This document shows positions 38,249 through 45,007 of a stretch of 45,007 nt of DNA, one piece after another. The DNA is from Gemmatimonadaceae bacterium (lineage in GTDB: Bacteria; Gemmatimonadota; Gemmatimonadetes; Gemmatimonadales; Gemmatimonadaceae), in the NCBI GenBank assembly GCA_043753735.1, contig JAYUWD010000207.1:1-45007 (forward strand), given 5' to 3'. Position 1 is the first letter of the stretch, and every line of letters starts with the position of its first letter. The notes beneath the pieces were generated by a model. That model was not told the DNA's origin and did no database searches. It saw only the letters and a program-made list of their open reading frames with translations. A program made the translations under genes and the position numbers.

Positions 38249-38793
38249 ACGACAGTCCCGGGCAGCTTTCGAGCACCCGCGTCTACACCGGCCGCATCAT
38301 TTCACTCGACGTAGACGAGGTCCGCTTCCCGGACGGATCGACGGGCTCGCTGGAAATGATCCGTCACCCGGGCGCGAGCGCGATTGTCCCACTGCTCAAC
38401 CCGGAGGCCGACGATCCGGAGGTGTTGCTCATCAGACAGTACCGCTACGCCGCTGATGGCTACCTGTATGAAGTGCCGGCCGGCCGCTTGGACGCGGGGG
38501 AATCCCCGCTGGAATGCGCCAAGCGTGAATTGCGGGAGGAAACCGGGTACAGCGCGACGACCGTCGAACCGCTGTTCACGATGTTCACCACTCCGGGCTT
38601 TACCGACGAGAAGATCCATCTCTTTCTCGCCACTGGGTTGATGGCCGGCGAAAGTGCTCGCGAGGCGGACGAATTCATGGAGCTCGTGCCAACCAAGCTT
38701 TCGCGCGCGCTGTCCATGATAGAGCAGGGGGAAATCCAGGATGCCAAAACGGCGCTGGCTCTGCTTTACGCCGCTGGGTTCCGGCTGAACTGA
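38245..38793 (+). CDS. Nudix hydrolase, ADP-ribose pyrophosphatase-like
   Basis: RQYRY...EVPAGRLD.GE...CAKRELREETG Nudix box, TPGF.DE, IQDAKT; GTGA overlap with the SET gene stop. Confidence 0.92.
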   Translation: MNDSPGQLSSTRVYTGRIISLDVDEVRFPDGSTGSLEMIRHPGASAIVPLLNPEADDPEVLLIRQYRYAADGYLYEVPAGRLDAGESPLECAKRELREETGYSATTVEPLFTMFTTPGFTDEKIHLFLATGLMAGESAREADEFMELVPTKLSRALSMIEQGEIQDAKTALALLYAAGFRLN

Positions 38794-39029
38794 AAATCGG
38801 TGCGGGTGTGGGCGGGCAGCTGCGTGCCGTTCCGCCGGTGTCCTGCCTTTTTGTCCGCACCGCTGTCTGAGGGGCACATTTAAGATATCTTGTGTCCTCG
38901 GCGGGTGTCCTCAATTGGGGAATCGTACGCATTGAAATCGCCGATGGGCAACAGTGGTGATATGAGACACATCCGGCTAACGCTCTGCAGCGTATGAATT
39001 TAGCCGGAAATGTTCCCGCGGGTTCCAAG

Positions 39030-39045
39030 CGGCACGGTGCGTGCA
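39030..39045 (+). promoter_or_regulatory. sigma54 (-24/-12) promoter upstream of ECF sigma gene
   Basis: CGGCACGGTGCGTGCA = GG-N10-GC with GGCACG intact; about 105 bp before ATG 39150. Confidence 0.6.
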
Positions 39046-39149
39046 TTACACCATGACGCGGAGGTGAAGGCATGCCGGACAGCCCGGATCGCCAACTGGA
39101 ACCGCCGCGAACCATCAGGTTCGCGTCACCGCAGTAGGAGGGCTTCGAA

Positions 39150-39791
39150 ATGGCCGAACTGGCTCGTACGCACAAGACCAACCAGACTCTCGCACTCCCG
39201 GTTCGCGAACAGCTGCGCACCTTGGACGACGGTCAAGTCGTGTCGGCCTTCCTCGCGGGAGAGGAACGGGCGTTCGAGGAGCTCGTGGACCGGTATCAAG
39301 GCCGTCTGCTGAACTTCGTGTACCGCACGATTGGAGATCGGGACCGCGCCGAAGACTTGGTGCAGGAAGTGTTCATCCGCGTCTATCGCCACATCGGACG
39401 CTTTGACCGATCCAAGAAGTTCTCGACCTGGATTTACACGATCGCATCGAATCTTGGCAAAAACGAGCTTCGGAACCGCTCGCGGAACCCGCTGGTGCTC
39501 TTTCAGGCTATCAGAGCCAAGTTCGAGGACGAGGACCGGCCGCTCCAGTTCGAGGACGTGCATACGCGTCCGGATGACCTGTTTCGTAAGCGTCACCTGC
39601 GGGAGATGGTGGAGCAGTCCGTAGGCAAGCTTCCGACGCATCACCGAGAGGTGTTTGTGCTTCGTGAGCTGGAAGGCAAGTCGTACGAGGAAATCGCCGA
39701 AATCACTGGCGTGAACCTTGGCACAGTAAAGTCGCGCCTCAACCGCGCGCGCACTGCCTTTGCGGAGATCATCGCGCCGCTGGTTCGGTAA
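39150..39791 (+). CDS. ECF-type RNA polymerase sigma factor
   Basis: AEDLVQEVF, FSTWIY.IA.N, LRE.EG.SYEEIA, GTVKSRLNRAR; AGGAGG RBS. Confidence 0.96.
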   Translation: MAELARTHKTNQTLALPVREQLRTLDDGQVVSAFLAGEERAFEELVDRYQGRLLNFVYRTIGDRDRAEDLVQEVFIRVYRHIGRFDRSKKFSTWIYTIASNLGKNELRNRSRNPLVLFQAIRAKFEDEDRPLQFEDVHTRPDDLFRKRHLREMVEQSVGKLPTHHREVFVLRELEGKSYEEIAEITGVNLGTVKSRLNRARTAFAEIIAPLVR

Positions 39792-39818
39792 GGGACTGTA
39801 AATTAACGTTCGGTAGAT

Positions 39819-39850
39819 CTGGCAACGTTCGTCTTGGCGAACGTTGCCGG
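39819..39850. repeat. Perfect 11-bp inverted repeat between sigma and anti-sigma genes
   Basis: GGCAACGTTCG-TCTTGG-CGAACGTTGCC. Confidence 0.6.
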
Positions 39851-39922
39851 AACTGGCGTGATACGGCAGGGTATGTTGCTCAGCGTCCGACTTTGGGCGA
39901 GCAATTCCCCGACCCGTCCCCG

Positions 39923-40531
39923 ATGGAATGCAGACGTTTTCGCCAGCATCACTTGGCCTACCTCGACGATACACTGTCGGGTGACATGACGACCGAGGCG
40001 CAGCAGCACATTCTCACATGCAATACATGCGCTGCGCACGACACGCTGGTTCGGCGCTCGCTGATGCTCGCTCGCAGCATGCCGACCATCGAGCCTTCAA
40101 CAGAATTTCAGCGTAAACTCCGCGATCGTCTGGCGGTATGTCGCAACGAAGTAGGTAGTGACGGGAGGTCAAATTTTGGACGCGACCGTGCGTTCCTGTC
40201 GATCTTTCCGACGCAGCGAAGCCTTGCAGCAACCCCCAGATTTGCGCTGTCGAAATCGTTTCGCTCTCCCCGCGCCTTCGCTGCTGTTGCGGCAGGTGCC
40301 GTACTGGGTACCATGGTCTGGCGCGGTCTGTCGGCTGGAGTGACCCCAGTGATTTCCATGCAACCGGTCGTGGCATCACAGCCCGTCTCCACTCAGCCGA
40401 CACCCATGTTTTCGCCAGCGCTCATCAGCGTGATGTCGACAGGAAATCCAGTGTGGCCTGCAGCGATGATGATCGAAGAGGCGCCAACGCAATTTGTGAG
40501 TGCGGATTTTCGGCTGGTGGCAGATCGATAG
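39923..40531 (+). CDS. Zinc-binding (zf-HC2/ZAS) anti-sigma factor
   Basis: MEC...YLD..L....HILTCNTC (HxxxCxxC), one TM segment, follows the ECF sigma. Confidence 0.88.
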   Translation: MECRRFRQHHLAYLDDTLSGDMTTEAQQHILTCNTCAAHDTLVRRSLMLARSMPTIEPSTEFQRKLRDRLAVCRNEVGSDGRSNFGRDRAFLSIFPTQRSLAATPRFALSKSFRSPRAFAAVAAGAVLGTMVWRGLSAGVTPVISMQPVVASQPVSTQPTPMFSPALISVMSTGNPVWPAAMMIEEAPTQFVSADFRLVADR

Positions 40532-40577
40532 GGAATGGTCGATCGTGGATAGGGGTTGGCGATAGGGGATAGAGTAT
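40523..40577 (+). repeat. Degenerate 7-nt tandem repeat
   Basis: gatcgat agggaat ggtcgat cgtggat aggggtt ggcgat aggggat agagtat. Confidence 0.5.
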
Positions 40578-40586
40578 CTTTCGGCC

Positions 40587-41774
40587 ATGCCTCCCCGTTC
40601 TGTCGCAACTTCGCCGTCAACAGCTCGCGAAGCGTCGCCGCTGAGAGTGGTGCAAGCCGCGATTCAATCGCGGACATTCGCACCCGTCTACTACCTCTAC
40701 GGCGACGATGATTTTCTGAAGGACTCGGCCGTTCGCGAGCTCCTTGAGGCCGCGATCGATCCGTCCACTCGCGATTTCAACTGCGAGATCCGTCGGGGCA
40801 GCGAGCTCGACGCCGAAACGGTCAGCAGTCTGCTGGCGACGCCGCCAATGCTTTCGGAGCGCCGAGCGGTTGTCATCAAGGACGTGACGCTGCTCAAGAA
40901 AGCTGCTCGGCAACAGCTCGATGCATACCTAAAGCGCCCCGCAGGTGACACGCTGTTGCTGTTGGTCAGCCTCGCCGGCACAAAGGCTGACGCGGCGCTG
41001 ACGGCGTCTGCTACCGTGCTCGACTTCGAACCACTGTCACCTGAGCGCGTGCGCAAGTGGATTGCGCACCAGGCGACGACGGCACTGTCGATGACTGTCA
41101 CTGAAGACGCGGCGGCGTTGCTGCAGCAGTCGGTGGGCAACGATTTGAATCTGCTGGCCGCTGAGCTGGACAAGTGTGCGAGCTACGTGCTCGGTGCCGT
41201 CGATGCGCGTGAGCGTGTCACGACTGAACGCGTCGCGGCCGACCGCGTTGCGGGTGACGGGGAAGGGATTGCCGATGAGGCAACGCTGAGCATCGATGCC
41301 GACGCAGTGGCGGCGGTGGTTGGCGTGCGACGCGGTGAGACCGCCGTCGATCTCCTTGACGCGATCGCGGCCCAGGATGCGGCGCGTGCGGTGACGTTGG
41401 TTGGACACGTCCTCAACCAACCCAAAGAGAGTGGCGTTCACGTGGTGATTATGCTGAGCACGCAGGCTTTTGCGCTTGCGTTTGGCCGTTCGCGCCGGGA
41501 CGCCGGGATCCCGACCAATCGTCTGCCGGGAGAATTCTTTGCATTTCTGAAGGAGACTGGCGGCAACACTGGCCGGCCATGGGCAGAAGCGGCGTCGGCG
41601 TGGACCAAGGTGATCGATCGGTGGAGCGCGAATTCGTGTGAACGCGCGCTTGAACTGTTGCTCAAGGCCGATATCGCGCTCAAGGAAACAACGGTGTCAA
41701 ATCCAGAACAGATCCTGATGTCGCTGGTGCTGGCGCTCTGCACACTCGGTCCGCGCGGGCGCAAGGCCGCATGA
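40587..41774 (+). CDS. holA: DNA polymerase III delta subunit
   Basis: PVYYLYGDD.FL, FN, TPPM.SERR.V.IK, VGNDL..L..ELDK, AD..LK. Confidence 0.88.
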   Translation: MPPRSVATSPSTAREASPLRVVQAAIQSRTFAPVYYLYGDDDFLKDSAVRELLEAAIDPSTRDFNCEIRRGSELDAETVSSLLATPPMLSERRAVVIKDVTLLKKAARQQLDAYLKRPAGDTLLLLVSLAGTKADAALTASATVLDFEPLSPERVRKWIAHQATTALSMTVTEDAAALLQQSVGNDLNLLAAELDKCASYVLGAVDARERVTTERVAADRVAGDGEGIADEATLSIDADAVAAVVGVRRGETAVDLLDAIAAQDAARAVTLVGHVLNQPKESGVHVVIMLSTQAFALAFGRSRRDAGIPTNRLPGEFFAFLKETGGNTGRPWAEAASAWTKVIDRWSANSCERALELLLKADIALKETTVSNPEQILMSLVLALCTLGPRGRKAA

Positions 41775-42775
41775 GGCGTGCAACAGTGGGCGCCTTTTCA
41801 TCGCGCACAGCTGCCGCGACTGCAGCTGTCGCGGTGATACTGTTGACGCTGACGCCGAGGAATGTTTTGTCGGCGCAAAGTGGAGCGACTAGTGCATCTC
41901 CGCCATCGACGATCAGCGGACCGACCGCAGGTGCGTCGGCTCGCGCGGCAATCGATCGGGCGCGCGCGCTGGCGGAGGCGGGCAAGAACCGTGAGGCGAA
42001 AGCGCTGCTCGATACACTGGTCAACACATCCCTGAACGAGCCGGGCGATCTGGCTGACGGCCTGTACTGGCGCGCAGTACTCGGCGAGCGCGCCGCAGAT
42101 GCCGAACGCGACTGGAAACGGATGGTGATGGATGTGCCGCTGTCACCGCGCGTGCCGACGGCGCTGCTTCGACTTGGCGAACTGGAGATGGTGCGAGGAC
42201 ATCCATCTGGCGCGCGCGCGTATCTGGAGCGTTTGCTGCGCGACTACAATTTCGCAGGCGAGCGACCGAAGGCGTTGCTCTGGGTGGTCCGCAGTTATTT
42301 CGACGAACGCGATGTCGTGCGCGGATGTCGTACGTTGATTGCGCTGCGTGAAGCCGATGTACCGGATGGCGAGCTGCGCCTGCAGGCGAGTGAGTTGCAA
42401 CTGCGGTGTCGGAACCAGGGGGTGGGAGTTGCGAGAGCTGGCACAGCGACGGCCACTGAAAAGACTGACGTGAAGGGCGTGGAAAGGAATGTGACAACGT
42501 CGGACGATGTTGCGGTCGCGTCGACCAAGAAGGGGGCGCGCGGAAACGATGAAGCTCGCTACGGTGTGCAGATTGCCGCGTATGACACGCGCGATCAGGC
42601 CAATGCTGCGGTGCAACGCATGAACAAGCGTGGACTGTCGGCGCACGTCGATGGTGATGCAAAGCCGTATCGTGTGCGTATTGGTCGGTACCTCACCCGC
42701 AAGGAAGCCGAGTTGGCGCTGGCGCGTTTGAAGAAGCAGGGGCAAAAGGGGTTCGTGACGGTGTTGACCCCGTGA
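41771..42775 (+). CDS. Secreted TPR-like + SPOR domain protein
   Basis: Signal peptide; TPR-like helices (ALLRLGEL...AR.YL.RL..DY); C-terminal YGVQIAAY...YRVRIG.Y.TR.EA...L SPOR domain. Confidence 0.85.
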   Translation: MRRATVGAFSSRTAAATAAVAVILLTLTPRNVLSAQSGATSASPPSTISGPTAGASARAAIDRARALAEAGKNREAKALLDTLVNTSLNEPGDLADGLYWRAVLGERAADAERDWKRMVMDVPLSPRVPTALLRLGELEMVRGHPSGARAYLERLLRDYNFAGERPKALLWVVRSYFDERDVVRGCRTLIALREADVPDGELRLQASELQLRCRNQGVGVARAGTATATEKTDVKGVERNVTTSDDVAVASTKKGARGNDEARYGVQIAAYDTRDQANAAVQRMNKRGLSAHVDGDAKPYRVRIGRYLTRKEAELALARLKKQGQKGFVTVLTP

Positions 42776-45007
42776 GTGGTGCGGTTACACCGCTGATGCA
42801 GCAGTACCGCGAGATCAAGGCGCGTCATCAGGATGCGATCTTGTTTTTCCGGATGGGTGAGTTTTACGAGATGTTTTACGACGACGCGGAAAAAGCGTCG
42901 CGTGTATTGGGGTTGACGCTGACCTCGCGCAACAATGGCGGGGCGAGCGAAGTGCCGTTGGCCGGCATTCCGGTAAAAGCAGCCGCAGAGTATTTGCGTC
43001 GACTGGTGGGGCAGGGCCATCGCGTTGCGGTGTGCGAGCAGGTTGAAGATCCCAAGCTGGCCAAGGGGATCGTGCGCCGCGAAGTGGTCGAGACGATCAC
43101 CCCCGGTGCCGTGTTCGCTGACGACATGCTCGACGGCGCGCGCGCCAACTATGTCTGCGCAGTCGCCACCGGACGCGAAACATCGCGCGATGGCGAACGC
43201 GCGCAGATCGGCATTGCGGCGGCTGATCTTTCCACGGGGGAGCTGCGTCTCGCCCTCGCCTCGGTCATGGATGCGCCCGCGTTGCTGGCTCGTCTCGCGC
43301 CGCGTGAAATGCTGGTCGTGCGCGGTACCGATGATGCAATGCGCGCGCTCGTCGACTCGGCGTGTGAAGGCGCGTTGGTGAACGAACGCGATGGATGGGA
43401 ATTCGATTCGCAACTCGCTGCCGACGAACTGGCGCGACAGTTCGATGTGCGTGGACTCGATGGCTTTGGTTTGGGCGCTGCAGATGGGGCGGCGATCGGT
43501 GCGGCGGGCGCGCTGCTGCGCTACCTGCGGGAATTGCAGCCCGGGGGATTGCCGCACCTCGCCCGTCCGGTGGTCGAACGTCCCGGTGGCGTGATGCCGT
43601 TGGATGAAATGACGCGGCGCAACCTGGAACTCGTCGAATCGCTGCGCGGTGGCGAGCTCGCAGGAACGTTGCTTTCGGTGCTGGACCGGACGGTGACTCC
43701 AATGGGGCAGCGCCTGCTTCGTCAATGGTTGCTCGCGCCGTTGCTCGAGCGAAGCGCAATCGAGCAGCGACTCGATGCGGTGACGGTGCTGGTGCGGGAC
43801 GCCGTTGGGCGCGCATCGCTGCGTGAAGCACTCGACGGGGTGCGCGATGTCGAACGACTGGCGAGCAAGGCCGCTGCAGGGCGCGCGACGCCACGTGAAC
43901 TTCGTGCCCTCGGCGATTCGCTGGCACGGTTGCCCGGCGTGGCGAAGGCGGCGCACGCGGTGCTCGATCACGCGGCGCAAGGCAATGCCAATGGCGGCGC
44001 ACTTGGTGCGTTGTTGCGCGATTGGGACGACGGAGCAGACTGCGCCGCGCGCATCACACAAACACTCGTGGTCCGTCCGCCATTCGCGATCGGCGAAGAA
44101 GACACGATCGCGCCCGGTGTCGACGCTGAACTCGATGCATTGCGTGCACTGCGCGACGGCGGGAAGGATGCGATTGCGCAGATCCAGAACAACGAACGCG
44201 CGCGTACTGGAATTCATTCGCTCAAGGTCGGCTTCAACCGCGTCTTTGGATACTACCTCGAGATTTCGAATGCGAACAAGCATCTCGTTCCCGACGACTA
44301 TCAACGGAGACAAACGCTGACCGGCGCTGAACGCTTCGTCACGCCGGCGCTCAAGGAGTACGAGGAGCGGGTGCTGACGGCGGGCGAGCGCATCGAATCG
44401 TACGAGCGGGAGCTCTTTGAAGCGCTGCGCCGTGAAGCAGGTGCGGCGATCGGGCGCTGGCAGGCCGTAGCGCGTCGTGTTGCCACGATCGACGTGTTGA
44501 GTGCATTTGCCGAAGTTTCGGAGCGCGAGCAGTACGCGCGCCCGGAATTGCACGACGGCTACGATCTGGAAATCATCGGTGGTCGGCATCCGGTGGTGGA
44601 GCGCATGATGGCGCGCGAAAAGTTCATTCCGAACGATCTCCTGCTCACGCAGGACGCGCAGCTGATCGTGCTCACGGGTCCCAACATGGCCGGCAAGAGC
44701 ACGATACTGCGACAGATCGGATTGATTCAGCTACTCGCGCAGGTGGGGACGTACGTGCCCGCGCGTCGCGCAAGACTGCCGATCATCGATCGCCTGTTCA
44801 CACGCGTTGGGGCGAGCGACAACCTCGTACGCGGCCAAAGTACGTTCATGGTCGAGATGAGCGAGACCAGTGCCATTCTGCACAGTGCAACCAAACACTC
44901 ACTCGTGCTGCTCGACGAAATCGGTCGTGGTACAAGCACGTACGATGGTGTGTCCATCGCGTGGAGTGTGAGTGAACATCTGCACGATGCCATTGGGTGC
45001 AAGACAG
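42772..45007 (+). CDS. mutS: DNA mismatch repair protein MutS (runs off window end)
   Basis: Not in ORF track (no stop in window). TPLMQQY..IK....ILFFRMGEFYEMF, AGIP, CEQ.E, GRHPVVE, in-frame TGPNMAGKST, GQSTFMVEM, LLDEIGRGTST. Confidence 0.98.
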   Translation, partial: MSGAVTPLMQQYREIKARHQDAILFFRMGEFYEMFYDDAEKASRVLGLTLTSRNNGGASEVPLAGIPVKAAAEYLRRLVGQGHRVAVCEQVEDPKLAKGIVRREVVETITPGAVFADDMLDGARANYVCAVATGRETSRDGERAQIGIAAADLSTGELRLALASVMDAPALLARLAPREMLVVRGTDDAMRALVDSACEGALVNERDGWEFDSQLAADELARQFDVRGLDGFGLGAADGAAIGAAGALLRYLRELQPGGLPHLARPVVERPGGVMPLDEMTRRNLELVESLRGGELAGTLLSVLDRTVTPMGQRLLRQWLLAPLLERSAIEQRLDAVTVLVRDAVGRASLREALDGVRDVERLASKAAAGRATPRELRALGDSLARLPGVAKAAHAVLDHAAQGNANGGALGALLRDWDDGADCAARITQTLVVRPPFAIGEEDTIAPGVDAELDALRALRDGGKDAIAQIQNNERARTGIHSLKVGFNRVFGYYLEISNANKHLVPDDYQRRQTLTGAERFVTPALKEYEERVLTAGERIESYERELFEALRREAGAAIGRWQAVARRVATIDVLSAFAEVSEREQYARPELHDGYDLEIIGGRHPVVERMMAREKFIPNDLLLTQDAQLIVLTGPNMAGKSTILRQIGLIQLLAQVGTYVPARRARLPIIDRLFTRVGASDNLVRGQSTFMVEMSETSAILHSATKHSLVLLDEIGRGTSTYDGVSIAWSVSEHLHDAIGCKT

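Noticed and set aside
39009-39027. TGTTCCCGCGGGTTCC as a parS site
   Set aside because: Only the left half resembles TGTTNCACGTGAAACA; I saw no convincing parS anywhere in the window, although I did not scan exhaustively.
42850-42880. MutS GEFYE instead of GDFYE as loss of mismatch recognition
   Set aside because: The functional Phe-X-Glu is intact, and D-to-E is a conservative change.
42595-44589. 664-aa minus-strand ORF
   Set aside because: Antisense shadow of mutS, which the ORF track missed because it has no stop in the window; no recognisable motifs.
1-45007. Mobile elements, prophage, defence systems, tRNA/rRNA
   Set aside because: No transposase, integrase, phage structural, cas, restriction or toxin-antitoxin motifs, and no tRNA/rRNA signatures were recognised.

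Overview
High-GC bacterial chromosome window spanning the replication-origin region. The gene content suggests Gemmatimonadota (Gemmatimonas-like); this is an inference. The core cluster is dnaN<-oriC<-dnaA | rpmH-rnpA-yidD-yidC-mnmE, with rnpB (RNase P RNA), polA, pyrE, upp, holA and a partial mutS nearby. Accessory genes encode an MFS transporter, a type IV pilin, a GWxTD lipoprotein, a Hanks kinase, an orphan MCP, an AraC regulator, DUF2268 and DUF2225 proteins, a LOG hydrolase, a PAS histidine kinase with two regulators, ArsR plus a beta-CASP nuclease, an Ig-repeat M8-like protease, an M16 pair, a SET protein, a Nudix hydrolase and an ECF sigma/anti-sigma pair. I found no CRISPR array, tRNA, rRNA or transposase. 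The most notable observations are: (1) a SET methyltransferase fused to a histone-H1-like Lys/Ala tail; (2) a beta-clamp-binding-like motif (QMDMF) in the DnaA linker; (3) a Bacillus-like DnaA-box/GC/DnaA-trio unwinding element between dnaA and dnaN; (4) rnpA, whose conserved N-terminus lies upstream of any canonical start codon; (5) two sigma54 promoters (pilin and ECF sigma) sharing a CTAA-N19-TTAG palindrome; (6) a kinase with a MinD-like membrane-targeting tail. All calls were made by eye from motifs; no database searches were run.
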